From contig OZ244063.1 of the NCBI GenBank assembly GCA_965215535.1, forward strand, positions 2,440,649 through 2,504,648: 64,000 nucleotides of DNA. Direction: 5' to 3'. Positions 1 through 10,118 of this stretch are shown here, piece by piece. Below the pieces are notes generated by a model that saw only the letters and a program-made list of their open reading frames with translations, ran no database searches and was not told the origin of the DNA. Position numbers and translations under genes: made by a program. Positions within the stretch are counted from its first letter, which is position 1, and each line of letters starts with the position of its first letter. This DNA is from Longimicrobiales bacterium. GTDB taxonomy: Bacteria > Gemmatimonadota > Gemmatimonadetes > Longimicrobiales > Gaopeijiaceae.

Positions 1-1
1 C

Positions 2-1207
2 GATTCGCAGCAACCGCTGGAGCTCTTTGTGAACTTCAAGCGCGAAGACGCCGAGGATTTCCTGACCTGGGGATCGGCGGAGCGCCCCCTGGAGGTGAAT
101 CCGGCTGATCTGGGGGACTGGATTCGCGAAACCAATCTGGTTGTGGGCATGACCGCCACCCCGGTTGCGTCTCCGGCGCTGCGTCTGCAACTGCGACCGC
201 AACTTCAGCATGTTCGGGTGCGCCACCACTTTCACGACAACAACGACTTCCACCACTCGACCCGCTACGGAGCCGATCTTCAACTTTCGCTTGCGGGTGC
301 AGAGCGCCACTCCCTGACCGTGGGCGGCGAGTTTTCGCAAACCCGCGTCTCGTCGAACTTTCTGGATCCCGATCCGCTGGTGACAGACCTGGCCCTCTTT
401 GTGCATGACGAGATCGCCATCTCGGAGCGCCTGCGGGCCACTGCCGGTCTGCGCACCGATTGGCACGACACCGGCGTCAGCGCGCGCGATCTGGCTCTGA
501 ATCCTACGGTGGGACTGGTTCTGCGCACCTCGTCTCGCCTCTCCCTGCGCACCTCATTCAGTCGCGGCTACCGCGCTCCCAGCGTCTCCGAACAGTTCAC
601 CTCCACCACCCTCTTCGACTTTCGCGTGATCCCGAATCCCGAGCTCCGCGGCGAATCGGCGTGGTCGGGCGAAGTGGGCGTCACGGCCTCGCCACGCGCG
701 CGCCTGCGTCTGGATGGCACCTTCTTCTGGAGCGAATACGCGGGGCTGATCGAGGCGGCTCCCGCGCCGAACCGCGCTCTGACCTTCCAGTTTCGCAATC
801 TGGCCGATGCCCGGATTCGCGGCCTCGATCTGGGTGCGCAGTTCGCACTCCTTCCGGGAACGCTCAATCTGAACGCCACCTGGCTCTTTCTCGACACCCG
901 GGACCGCGAGACCGGGCGGGCGCTGCCCTATCGATCCACGCACAACGCCACTGCAACGCTCTCGGCCTGGTCGGACCGCGCGGCCCTGGATCTGCGCTAC
1001 CGCAGCCGCGCCGATCAGGTGATCGTCTATCCACTCGACGACCGCGGCGATATCACCGTAGTGGATTTGCGGCTTGGGCACAGCTTCGGCAGTGTGGACA
1101 TTCGCGCCCGCATTGGCAACCTTTTGCAGGCGCGCTACGTAGATGTCCGGGAACGCAACCCGGGGCCGTCGCGCAGTGTGCGGATCACCCTGACTTCGCG
1201 CTTTTAG
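2..1207 (+). CDS. TonB-dependent receptor, C-terminal beta-barrel portion (5' end lies outside the window)
   Basis: The frame is open to the window edge. The sequence shows alternating beta-strand-like segments, and the C-terminus ...VRITLTSRF ends in the aromatic Phe typical of TonB-dependent outer-membrane barrels. Confidence 0.7.
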   Translation, partial: DSQQPLELFVNFKREDAEDFLTWGSAERPLEVNPADLGDWIRETNLVVGMTATPVASPALRLQLRPQLQHVRVRHHFHDNNDFHHSTRYGADLQLSLAGAERHSLTVGGEFSQTRVSSNFLDPDPLVTDLALFVHDEIAISERLRATAGLRTDWHDTGVSARDLALNPTVGLVLRTSSRLSLRTSFSRGYRAPSVSEQFTSTTLFDFRVIPNPELRGESAWSGEVGVTASPRARLRLDGTFFWSEYAGLIEAAPAPNRALTFQFRNLADARIRGLDLGAQFALLPGTLNLNATWLFLDTRDRETGRALPYRSTHNATATLSAWSDRAALDLRYRSRADQVIVYPLDDRGDITVVDLRLGHSFGSVDIRARIGNLLQARYVDVRERNPGPSRSVRITLTSRF

Positions 1208-1312
1208 TCGGGAATGAATTCCGCCGCGCTTCTTGGTGGTCGGGAGATCCCTGTATTGTCAGTCATCGCTTTGTAGAAGTCCGTCAATCCGAATCCGAAC
1301 CCGAACCCAAAT

Positions 1313-2317
1313 ATGCCAAAGCTTCCCCTTCTCTATCTTCCCTGTGCCGCATCCCGCTTCCCGGCCTCGCTGGCGGGTCGGGTGGCCGCGGCCCCTCTCT
1401 GTCTCCTCCCCTTTCTTTCCCCTGGCCCGGCAGTGGCCCAGGAGAGCGCGGCGCCCATGCTTGCAAGGGGCACAATCGATCCCCTGGTCGAGCCCGAGTG
1501 GCTTCTGGAACAGATCGACGACGACGACCTGATCGTGATTCAGAGCGTGCGGCGCGAGGGCGAGTTTGCGCGCGAACACATTGCGGGTGCGCAGCCGCTG
1601 CGCTTCGACGAGATCACCTGGGAGGGCGAAGAGGGGTGGATCGTCGAATTCCCCGAGGTCGATGACCTTGTCGATGTGTTGCGCAAGGCGGGAATCCGGA
1701 AGAATTCGCGGGTCGTCATCTATGGCGCCAGCATGACCGCAACTGCGCGGACATGGGTAACCTTCGAGTATCTGGGGCTGGGTGACCGGGCCTTCCTGCT
1801 GAATGGCGGACTGGCCGACTGGAAGGCGGCGGGGGGAGCCGTGGCGACCGGCGAGGCCGAAGCGATTGCCCGTGGCGATGTGGAGGCAGGCGATCCGCTT
1901 GACTTCCGGGTTTCGGCAGAGTGGGTGCTGGAGCGACTGGACGATCCCTCGGTTGTGCTGCTCGATGCGCGCCCCGACGATGAATACACCGGCGCCGACG
2001 ATGGCATGGGCGGAATCACAACCCCGGGCCACATTCCAGGCGCCGCCCAACTCTACTGGGAAGAGCTGATGGACCCCGAAAACAACACGCGCTTTTTGCC
2101 ACCGGAGCAGGTCGCCCGGGTTCTGGAGCAACACGGCGCGGGCGCAGGCCGCACCCACGTCGCCTACTGCATGATCGGAATGCGGGCCAGCGTGGCCTAC
2201 ATGGCAGCCCGCATGCACGGCCTCGACATTCATCTTTACGACGGAAGCTGGCGTGACTGGGGAATGCGCGAAGGGGTCCCGGTCGAAACGGGACCGGATC
2301 CGCGCGGCAAGCGGTAG
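1313..2317 (+). CDS. Secreted tandem-rhodanese sulfurtransferase (thiosulfate/3-mercaptopyruvate type)
   Basis: The protein is 334 aa with an N-terminal signal-like segment (...LLPFLSPGPAVAQE). It has two rhodanese modules and an active-site loop CMIGMRAS (CxxGxR) in the second module. Confidence 0.8.
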   Translation: MPKLPLLYLPCAASRFPASLAGRVAAAPLCLLPFLSPGPAVAQESAAPMLARGTIDPLVEPEWLLEQIDDDDLIVIQSVRREGEFAREHIAGAQPLRFDEITWEGEEGWIVEFPEVDDLVDVLRKAGIRKNSRVVIYGASMTATARTWVTFEYLGLGDRAFLLNGGLADWKAAGGAVATGEAEAIARGDVEAGDPLDFRVSAEWVLERLDDPSVVLLDARPDDEYTGADDGMGGITTPGHIPGAAQLYWEELMDPENNTRFLPPEQVARVLEQHGAGAGRTHVAYCMIGMRASVAYMAARMHGLDIHLYDGSWRDWGMREGVPVETGPDPRGKR

Positions 2318-2320
2318 GAG

Positions 2321-5300
2321 TCAGGCGGCGCGCAACCACCGAAGCTGCACCGTCGTCAGCGCAGGCACAATCATCATCAGGACCACCGTGGCGAAGATGA
2401 TGCCGAAGCCAAGCGAGGCGGCCATCGGGATCAGGAATTGAGCCTGGATGCTGGTCTCGAAGACGAGTGGGGCCACGCCCAGGAAGGTGGTGACCGAAGT
2501 CAGAAAGATGGGACGGAAGCGGGCCTTGGCGCCCTCGATGATGGCTTCGCGGGAGGGAACGCCCCGGCTGCGCCGTTCATTGATGAAGTCGATCATGACC
2601 AGGGCGTCGTTGACCACAACGCCGCTGAGGCCGATAACGCCGAACATCGACATGATGGTGAGCTGGAGGTCGAGCAGGAAGTGCCCCAAAACTGCGCCGA
2701 TGATGCCAAAGGGAATGGCCGCCATGATGATGAGCGGCTTGGTGTACGAGGCGAAGGGGATTGCGAGGAGTGCGTAGATGGCCAGAAGAGCGAGGGCGAA
2801 GCCGCCTCCCAGCGCGCTGAAGGATTCCCGCTGCTCCTGCTGTTCACCGCCAAAGGCATACGACATGTCGGGGTAGCGGCTGGTCAGCGCCGGCAGAATG
2901 GCGCTCTCCATCCGATTTGTGACTTCGTCGCCGGTGATAACCGCAGTGTTGACGTCGGCGGTTACGGTAAGAACGCGGCGGCCGTCCTTGCGCCGAATTG
3001 TGGTTGGAGAGTTGCCAAAGTGAACCGAGGCAGCGCGCGCAAGGGGCACCGCGTCGCCTGCCGGCGTGCGCACAAGATAGCTCTCGACGTCGGCGATGGC
3101 GTTGCGCTCCTCTTCGGGAAGCCGAACATATACGCGAATGTCTTCGCGGCCTCTCTGCACGCGCAGCGCCTCGTCGCCAAAGAAGGCGCTGCGAATCTGA
3201 CGCGCCAGATTGTCGAGGGTCAGCCCCAGCGTACGCGCCTCGGGAAGCAGGTCGAGCTGAATTTCGCGCAATCCCTGGTCCTGGTCGGTCTGGACATCGA
3301 AGACGCCCTCGAATGCGCGCAAATTTGCCATAACCGAATCGCCGATCTCGCGCAGCGCCCTGGCGTCGGAGTGGGCGATCTCGATCTGCACGGGGCTTCC
3401 GAAGGAGATCAGCTCGGCGCTGATGGTCAGCGATTTTGCCTCGGGGAGCGCACCCAGCGTTTCGCGCCAGCGATTCTGAAACTCGGTGGCAGAGATGTCG
3501 CGCTCATCGGCGCTCACCATCTTGAACTCGACAGCGGCGATATTGGCTCCCGATACATTCTCCGGTCCCGCTCCCCCCGGCCCCGATCGTCGTGCATACT
3601 GGCCGATGGTCACATTCACCCCGCTGATCAGCGCAGGCGCCGCATCGCCCAGCGCCCGGTATCCGGCGTCTTGCAGCGCATCCGCAACCTGCGCGGTGCG
3701 CGCAACCGGCGTTCCCTCGGGCATCTCAAGGCTGGCGATCACCAGATCCGCCTCGACCGCAGGCATGAAATCGACCCTGATGATTCCCGCCGGGACCATC
3801 GCCACCGAGACAATGATCATTGCAATGCCGGCCGCAATCACAACGCCGGGCCGTTCGGTGGCCACCTGCAGCGCGCGGTCGAGCGGTCCATCGATAAAGC
3901 GCTTCAATTCCCTGTCGATGCGTTGCTGAAGAGCGGAGATTCCCTGCCCCAATCGGCGAAACAACCCCGGGCGGGCGTTCCTTGGCCCTTTGTTTCGCGG
4001 ACCCGGCCCATGCGCCAGGTGGTTGGGAAGCACAAGCAGGGATTCAATCAGCGAAAAGATGAGAACGGAGATGACAATCACGGGAATCGTTCCCACGATT
4101 TTTCCAATCGAGCTCGGAATGAAGAAGAGGGGACAGAAGGCGACCACGGTGCTCAGAACCGCAAAGATGACCGGTCCGGTAATGCGCCGCGCGCCCCGGA
4201 TCGATGCCGCCACTCCGCGCATGCCCCGTTCCCGTTCGGCATAAATGTTTTCGCCTACCACAATTGCGTCATCAACCACGATGCCGATTGCAAGAATGAA
4301 GGCAAAGAGCGACATGAGATTGATCGAGATGCCCAATACGCTCATCACGGCGAAGGTGCCCACAAAGGAGACCGCAATTCCGACCGCGACCCAGAAGGCG
4401 AGCCGCGCCTCGAGAAAGAGCGTAAGGGCAAGGAGGACGAGCAGCAAACCCAAAAGCCCGTTCTTGATCAGCAGTCCGAGCCGGTCCTGCAAGATCTCGG
4501 CGTCATTGTTCCAGATCTCGAGACCGACGCCCGCCGGGAGCGAGGGAACGATCACATTGTCCAGATGGTCCTCGACCGCCGCGACAATATCCAGCACCTT
4601 TTCGTCGGCGGTGCGAAAAACCTCCACATAGGCGGCGGACTGTCCCTGGTAGCGCCCGATCAGATCGACATCCTGAAACTCGTCGCGCACCCGGGCAATG
4701 TCGCCCAGCCGAACCACCGTGCCATCGACGCGGCTCAGCACGATGATCTCCTCGAAGTCCTGCTGGGTATAGTTCTGACCCGTCGTGCGGATCCTCACCT
4801 CTTCGTCGCGGGTCGCAATGCTCCCGGCCGACAGATCCAGCGAACCGCTGCGCACGGCTGCCGAGATGTCGCGCAGGGCAAGGCCCAGGGCGCGGAGGCG
4901 CTCAAGGGGGACTTCGATCGAGATTTCGTAGTTGCGCACACCGGTGGTCTCGACATAGCTGACCACATCCAGCGCGGCGAGCTCGTCTTCGGTGCGGTAG
5001 GCCAGCTCCTTGAGGGTGCGTTCGGGCACATCGCCAAAGATGACCAGCCGGATGACGCTCTGGCGACTTGTGAGCTCGGTGACCTCGGGTCGTTCGGCAT
5101 CAAGCGGAAAGGTCTGGATCCGGTCTACCTGTGCCTTGATGTCATCGAGCGCACGGCTGAGATCCTCGCCCAGGTTGAGCTCCGCCACCACCGTTCCGCG
5201 TCCCTCTGCAGCGGTGGAGCGAACCGCCTTGATTCCGTCCACCGCCTCGATCTGCTCTTCGATCTTGACGACAATCGATTGTTCGACTTCGTCCGGGGTG

Positions 5301-5503
5301 GCGCCGGGGTAGGAAACCGCAATATTGATTTGGTCCAGCGAGACTTCGGGAAAGACTTCCTGCACAAGATCGCGCAGAGCAAAGATGCCGGCCAGCAGAA
5401 TGAAGGCCATCAGCAGATTTGCGGCGACGCCATTGCGCGCCATGTACGCCACCGGCCCGCGCTTCTCCCGGGCTCGCAGATCGTCCTTCCGATTCATGGA
5501 CAC
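2321..5503 (-). CDS. RND efflux transporter permease (AcrB/CzcA superfamily)
   Basis: The protein is 1060 aa with a multi-TM layout. It carries conserved RND segments IVVDDAIVVGENI and GVVVNDALVMIDFINE, and it lies downstream of the MFP and OMF genes on the same strand. Confidence 0.9.
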   Translation of the reverse strand: MSMNRKDDLRAREKRGPVAYMARNGVAANLLMAFILLAGIFALRDLVQEVFPEVSLDQINIAVSYPGATPDEVEQSIVVKIEEQIEAVDGIKAVRSTAAEGRGTVVAELNLGEDLSRALDDIKAQVDRIQTFPLDAERPEVTELTSRQSVIRLVIFGDVPERTLKELAYRTEDELAALDVVSYVETTGVRNYEISIEVPLERLRALGLALRDISAAVRSGSLDLSAGSIATRDEEVRIRTTGQNYTQQDFEEIIVLSRVDGTVVRLGDIARVRDEFQDVDLIGRYQGQSAAYVEVFRTADEKVLDIVAAVEDHLDNVIVPSLPAGVGLEIWNNDAEILQDRLGLLIKNGLLGLLLVLLALTLFLEARLAFWVAVGIAVSFVGTFAVMSVLGISINLMSLFAFILAIGIVVDDAIVVGENIYAERERGMRGVAASIRGARRITGPVIFAVLSTVVAFCPLFFIPSSIGKIVGTIPVIVISVLIFSLIESLLVLPNHLAHGPGPRNKGPRNARPGLFRRLGQGISALQQRIDRELKRFIDGPLDRALQVATERPGVVIAAGIAMIIVSVAMVPAGIIRVDFMPAVEADLVIASLEMPEGTPVARTAQVADALQDAGYRALGDAAPALISGVNVTIGQYARRSGPGGAGPENVSGANIAAVEFKMVSADERDISATEFQNRWRETLGALPEAKSLTISAELISFGSPVQIEIAHSDARALREIGDSVMANLRAFEGVFDVQTDQDQGLREIQLDLLPEARTLGLTLDNLARQIRSAFFGDEALRVQRGREDIRVYVRLPEEERNAIADVESYLVRTPAGDAVPLARAASVHFGNSPTTIRRKDGRRVLTVTADVNTAVITGDEVTNRMESAILPALTSRYPDMSYAFGGEQQEQRESFSALGGGFALALLAIYALLAIPFASYTKPLIIMAAIPFGIIGAVLGHFLLDLQLTIMSMFGVIGLSGVVVNDALVMIDFINERRSRGVPSREAIIEGAKARFRPIFLTSVTTFLGVAPLVFETSIQAQFLIPMAASLGFGIIFATVVLMMIVPALTTVQLRWLRAA

Positions 5504-5582
5504 ACTCCTGACGGCAGTCGGTGCGGGGCGCGAAGGGGGCGAACGATCGAAAAAAACGGGCGGCTCCGGGCAGGCAGTCCAT

Positions 5583-5616
5583 CAATACACAGCGAACGGC
5601 CAATACACAGCGAACG
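5583..5616. repeat. Perfect 16-nt direct repeat with an 18-bp period (caatacacagcgaacg x2) in the MFP-RND intergenic spacer
   Basis: Read directly from the sequence: the copies are at 5583-5598 and 5601-5616, separated by gc. Confidence 0.9.
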
Positions 5617-5656
5617 ACATTCGCGCTGCGCTGCCATCGGTGCCTGAACGCCGGTC

Positions 5657-6922
5657 CTACTGTGTTCCGGTTCGCACCGCCATTCCCTCGGTGGCGATCT
5701 GGATTCCGCCCACGACAACCCGCTGACCCGTCCCGAGAGCGCCGGCCAGATACACGGCTTCGTCGGCGCGTTGCAGGACGCGCACCGGAATAATCATGAC
5801 GCGGTCGTCACCGTCGAGCGCCCAGACCTCGTTGCCGGTGCGAAGGGCCGCGCGCGGTACCGCGAAGTACTCTGCGGGCGCAATGCCATCGATGCGGACC
5901 TCGACAAACTGACCGACAAGAAGGGGTGGGGCCTGTGTGGAAGAGGTGGCCGCGGCCATCGGAGTCGTCTCCATCTCGTCGCCGGTCATGAGGGTTCCGC
6001 TCTGCATTGGGCCGGGAACCCGCACCACCACGTCGATCGTGCGGGTCTGTTCGTCGAGCGCGGCCTCGGCACGATCCACATATCCCGACCAGGCATAGCG
6101 CATGTCGCCGTACTCGGCCGAGACGGTGGCCGTGACCGCGCGGTTGCCGTCACCGGCGGCCAGTTCCCAGAGACTGGGAATCAGCGCGGCGTCGGCATCG
6201 GAGAGCGGCACCACCACCTCGACCACATCGTCTGCGTAGAGCCGTCCCACACTCTGCCCCGGCGCCACGAACTGCCCGGGATCGACCGATTCTGCGCGTA
6301 CGATCCCGCTGAAGGGCGCGGTCACCTCGGTTCGCGCAAAGGCGAGCTCGGCATCGGCCAGCATTGCACTGTCGCGCGCCAGCGCCGCCCGCGCGGCCTG
6401 AAGCTGCGGTTCGCGGAGGGTCAGGGGATTGGCCTCGGTTGCGGCCATGCCATCGCCGCGCCGCTGCTGGAAGCTCTCGTACTCGGTGCGGGCAATGCGG
6501 GCTTCCTCCTCGGCCTCCATCAACGCAACCTGCTGGGCCGCCACATTGGCGCGCGCCTGCTGCACCCGGTTGCGGTAGTCGGCGTCGTCGATCCGGAAGA
6601 GCACCTGGCCATTCCTCACCCGGCCCCCTCCCTGAAAGGCCGGCGCGACCCAGGCAACCTTGCCGCTGATCTCGGCCGCGACATCAATCTCGGCGCGTGG
6701 CCGCACCGTTCCGGCGCCCAGAACGGGAATCGCCCCCTGGCGCGCCTCCACCATCGCCGTCGTCACGAAGGACAGCCGCGAGGGGGGCTCGCGGAGGGGG
6801 GGATCCGGCCGCAACTGGATCATCACAAAGGCAATCAGCAGGGCACCGGCCAGGATTCCGACGGGCAGAAGTCTTCGGGTCATGCGCCCTCTGCGCGTTG
6901 AACTTGTGGAATTCGCACTCAC
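5657..6922 (-). CDS. RND efflux periplasmic adaptor (membrane fusion protein, HlyD/AcrA family)
   Basis: The protein is 421 aa with an N-terminal TM anchor (LLPVGILAGALLIAFVMI). It has a coiled-coil hairpin (QQARANVAAQQVALMEAEEEARIARTEYE) and a beta-rich C-terminus. Its start lies 16 nt downstream of the OMF stop. Confidence 0.85.
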   Translation of the reverse strand: MSANSTSSTRRGRMTRRLLPVGILAGALLIAFVMIQLRPDPPLREPPSRLSFVTTAMVEARQGAIPVLGAGTVRPRAEIDVAAEISGKVAWVAPAFQGGGRVRNGQVLFRIDDADYRNRVQQARANVAAQQVALMEAEEEARIARTEYESFQQRRGDGMAATEANPLTLREPQLQAARAALARDSAMLADAELAFARTEVTAPFSGIVRAESVDPGQFVAPGQSVGRLYADDVVEVVVPLSDADAALIPSLWELAAGDGNRAVTATVSAEYGDMRYAWSGYVDRAEAALDEQTRTIDVVVRVPGPMQSGTLMTGDEMETTPMAAATSSTQAPPLLVGQFVEVRIDGIAPAEYFAVPRAALRTGNEVWALDGDDRVMIIPVRVLQRADEAVYLAGALGTGQRVVVGGIQIATEGMAVRTGTQ

Positions 6923-6938
6923 CTGCAGTTCTCCATTC

Positions 6939-8537
6939 TTATCTGCGGGAATTCATCCCGTCCGGGCTTCCGGCTGCCGGAGCGGTCTCTCGGGGGTCGG
7001 GCCGGGGTGTGCCGGTGTCATCCGATTCATCCGATTCGTCTGCGGGTGTGGGCAGATCTTCGGGCATGACCCACTCGCCGCCCAGCGCCCGGTGCACGGC
7101 CAGCCGGGCCATGGCAAGATCGCGGCGCGCGCCCGCCAGGGTGGATTCCACATTGAGGAGCGCCCTCAGCGCATCGAGGTAATCGGTATAGCCGGCCACT
7201 CCCGAGTCGTACCGTCGCGATTGCAGCGCCGCAGTCGCGGCCGCCGCCTCGCGCTGGGACAGGAGAAATTCGTGTCGGCGGCCCTCGTTGGCCAGGGTGA
7301 CCAGCGCGGCCTCCACCTCGTGTACCGCCGTCACCACCGTACGCCCGTAGGCCGCGGTTGCCTGATCGAAGGCGGCCTCGGCGAGCTCGATGTTCCTGCC
7401 GATGCGCCCGCCCTGGAAGATCGGCGCGGTCAGGTTGCCGAGAAGATTGCGGAACCACTGGTCCACGTCGAAGAGTCCGTCCGCCTCGGCCGCCTGCAGA
7501 CCGATCGTTCCCGAGAGCGAGAGCGAGGGCAGCCGCTGGGCCCTGCGCGCACCGACCGCAAAGCGTGCAGCCTCCATTCGCTCCCACGCCGCGCGCACAT
7601 CGGGGCGTTGCAGAAGCAGATCGGCGGGCACTCCTGCCGCCACCTCGGCGTCGGGGGTTGCGGGGGCCAGCGAATCGGGCAGAATGGCATTGAGCTTTGA
7701 CCGGAAGCCACCCAGAAGCACCGCCAGGCGCCCCTCGGCGTTCACCAGTCCGCTTTCGAGCTGTGGGCGCGCGGCCTGGATGTTGCGCAGATCCTGGCGC
7801 ACCTGGTAAAGCTCGAAGGAGGTTGCCAGACCGCGGTCGTAGCGGGTCTCGGTCAGCGCCACGCGCTCGAGCGTCACATCGACCGTTTCCTCGGCCAGTT
7901 CGTTGCGTCTCCGCAGATCGACGATCTCGAAATAGGTGGCGATCGTCTCGGCCAGCACCCCGATGCGCGCCGCGTGGAAATCCGATTCCGACGCCAGATA
8001 CTGCATCGCGGCCGATTTCGAGTCGTTGCGGGCGCGTCCCCAGAAATCGAGCTCCCAGGCAAAGTCTGCCCCCAGCGACCAGGTGGTGATCCCCAGCCGT
8101 TCGGGGAACTCGAAGCCGCCAGGAAGGCTACCCCCGGCCAACTCGGAAAACTGCTGTCCGAAGCCGGCGTTCGCGGGGGTGTCCTGGTTCGAGGCCGTTG
8201 CGCTGGCCTGCACCGAGGGGAAGAGGGCCGCGCGCGCAATTCCCGCCTGGGCTCGGGCCTGACGGACGCGCGCAATCGCCTCGGCCAGGTCGAAGTTGGC
8301 CACCAGAACCGAATCGATCACCGTGTTGAGGACCGGGTCGTCGAAGGTCGTCCACCACAGGCGCGCCTCGTGGTCTTCATCGGCGTCGGCGCTCTTGGCA
8401 AAGCGTTCGGCGAGGTTGGCGGCCGGTTCGGGAATTGAGGGCGGAGGCGCGAAGGAGCAGGCAGAGAGAAGGAGCGCAGGGGCGAGCAGCCCGCAGATCG
8501 GGCCGGGCGGCAGGGTGCGCAGTGCAAAGCTATTCAA
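6939..8537 (-). CDS. Outer-membrane efflux lipoprotein (NodT/TolC family)
   Basis: TolC-type repeats are present and a lipobox LLSAC follows a hydrophobic segment. I chose the TTG at 8537 because it is preceded by GGAGGA; the alternative ATG starts are at 8582 and 8588. The chosen start overlaps the DUF3224 stop by 8 nt. The C-terminal tail is unusually acidic and Pro-rich (PADESDESDDTGTPRPDP...). Confidence 0.8.
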   Translation of the reverse strand: MNSFALRTLPPGPICGLLAPALLLSACSFAPPPSIPEPAANLAERFAKSADADEDHEARLWWTTFDDPVLNTVIDSVLVANFDLAEAIARVRQARAQAGIARAALFPSVQASATASNQDTPANAGFGQQFSELAGGSLPGGFEFPERLGITTWSLGADFAWELDFWGRARNDSKSAAMQYLASESDFHAARIGVLAETIATYFEIVDLRRRNELAEETVDVTLERVALTETRYDRGLATSFELYQVRQDLRNIQAARPQLESGLVNAEGRLAVLLGGFRSKLNAILPDSLAPATPDAEVAAGVPADLLLQRPDVRAAWERMEAARFAVGARRAQRLPSLSLSGTIGLQAAEADGLFDVDQWFRNLLGNLTAPIFQGGRIGRNIELAEAAFDQATAAYGRTVVTAVHEVEAALVTLANEGRRHEFLLSQREAAAATAALQSRRYDSGVAGYTDYLDALRALLNVESTLAGARRDLAMARLAVHRALGGEWVMPEDLPTPADESDESDDTGTPRPDPRETAPAAGSPDGMNSRR

Positions 8538-8976
8538 TCCGTCCTCCGATTTCGTACTCCAGCACGAGGGTATGCGTGCCATCGTCATCCACGCGAATCT
8601 CCATGCTTCCGAGCAATCCGGCAAGGTCTCCCGTTCCCGATCCGGGCACCACATGGCCTGCGGTCCAGGGCGGCGATGCCTCTGGCGCAACCCCCCAGTG
8701 ATGCAGCACGAAACCTCCGGCGCGCCCCGCAAGGCGTCCCCTGAACTCTTCCGAAACGATATAGCCCGCATTCCGGAGCGGTCCCTCGCGGTGGGCGCGG
8801 CACATCAGCAGCCGGGCGTGGCCGACGCCCTCCAGATCGCCCTCGTATTCCTTGCGGACGCGCACCGCCGAAAGGTGGGGGCCCTCTGTCGCGGCATCGT
8901 CATCTGCCTCTGCCGATTGCAGCGCCCACGGCTCCTCGTCCCACCCCGTGACTTTGAAGCGGGCGATCGCCTTCAT
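8530..8976 (-). CDS. DUF3224-like small beta-barrel protein
   Basis: The protein is 148 aa, starting at MKAIARFKVTGWDEEPW. Its ATG overlaps the stop of the upstream aminotransferase (ATGA, 8973-8976). The family call is from memory of the N-terminal signature. Confidence 0.55.
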   Translation of the reverse strand: MKAIARFKVTGWDEEPWALQSAEADDDAATEGPHLSAVRVRKEYEGDLEGVGHARLLMCRAHREGPLRNAGYIVSEEFRGRLAGRAGGFVLHHWGVAPEASPPWTAGHVVPGSGTGDLAGLLGSMEIRVDDDGTHTLVLEYEIGGRIE

Positions 8977-10118
8977 CCGGTTGCGCCCTTCACGACTCGC
9001 TGCAGCGCGGTTGCAAAGGTCTCGACCGTGCGGTCGACGTGGCCGAGCTTGTCCAGTCCGAAGAGTCCCAGGCGGAAGGTCGAAAAGTCGCGCGGTTCGC
9101 CGCACTGCAGCGGCACGCCCGCCGCAATCTGGATGCCCTCGGCGGCAAAGCGCGACCCGTCGCGGATTTTGGGATCGTCGGTGTAGCTCACCACAACGCC
9201 CGGCGCCTCGAATCCCGGTGCGGCCACACTCGCAAATCCGTGTTCGGCCAGGAGCGCGCGAATTCTGCCTCCGAGCTCCCACTGCCGCTCCCGCGCCCGC
9301 TCCATTCCGAAGTCGCGCGTCTCCACAATGCGATCGTGCAGGAAGCGAATCGAATCCGTAGGCACGGTCGTGTGATAGTGCTGACCGCCATTCACATAGG
9401 CGTCCATGACGCGCAGCCAGACCCCCAGATCGCAGGCGAAGCTGGTGCTCTCGGCGGCCTTGGCGCGGGCGCGTCCCTCGGGGCCGAACATGACCATTCC
9501 GGCGCAGGGCGAGGCGCTCCATCCCTTCTGCGGCGCGCTGATCAGCACATCGATCCCCGTCGCTTCCATACCCAGGTGGATGGCGCCCGCAGCGATCGCG
9601 TCGATCACCAGAATTCCGCCGACTTCATGGGTGGCGTCGGCGAGGGTGCGCAGATAGTCGTCGGGCAGAATGATTCCGGACGAGGTCTCCACGTGGGGCG
9701 CAAAGACCACATCGGGCCGCTCTTTGGCGATCCGGGCGACGACCTCGTCGATCGGGGCCGGCGCAAAGGGCGCAGTCGGTCCGTCGGTGGTGGGCCGCGC
9801 ACGGATCACCGACGCATGTGCGGGGATCGCGGCCTTGCGGAAGATCTGCGACCAGCGAAAGCTGAACCAGCCGTTGCGCAGAACCAGACAGCGCTTTCCG
9901 GTTGCGAATTGGCGCGCCACCGCCTCCATGGCAAAGGTGCCGCCTCCGGGCACGAGCGCGACCGCAGTGGCCGCATAGCTCTCGCGGAGCATCTCCGACA
10001 CCCCCCGCATGATCGTGCGGAAGCGCGCCGACATGTGATTCAGCGAACGGTCGGTAAAGACGACCGAATATTCCAGAAGTCCATCGGGATCGATATGAGG
10101 ATGAAGTCCGGGCACCAC
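8973..10118 (-). CDS. Class V PLP aminotransferase (alanine-glyoxylate/serine-pyruvate type)
   Basis: A SAPQKGW Lys motif and a class V fold pattern are present. The start is set at the GTG at 10118 (or 10115), 4-7 nt after AAGGAG. The track ORF extends to 10385, but that extension looks non-coding. Confidence 0.75.
   Translation of the reverse strand: MVPGLHPHIDPDGLLEYSVVFTDRSLNHMSARFRTIMRGVSEMLRESYAATAVALVPGGGTFAMEAVARQFATGKRCLVLRNGWFSFRWSQIFRKAAIPAHASVIRARPTTDGPTAPFAPAPIDEVVARIAKERPDVVFAPHVETSSGIILPDDYLRTLADATHEVGGILVIDAIAAGAIHLGMEATGIDVLISAPQKGWSASPCAGMVMFGPEGRARAKAAESTSFACDLGVWLRVMDAYVNGGQHYHTTVPTDSIRFLHDRIVETRDFGMERARERQWELGGRIRALLAEHGFASVAAPGFEAPGVVVSYTDDPKIRDGSRFAAEGIQIAAGVPLQCGEPRDFSTFRLGLFGLDKLGHVDRTVETFATALQRVVKGATG

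Noticed and set aside
2438-5647. A 1069-aa plus-strand ORF antisense to the RND permease.
   Set aside because: This is a shadow ORF of GC-rich DNA. It is Arg/Gly/Asp/His-rich with no motifs, while the minus-strand frame carries canonical RND signatures.
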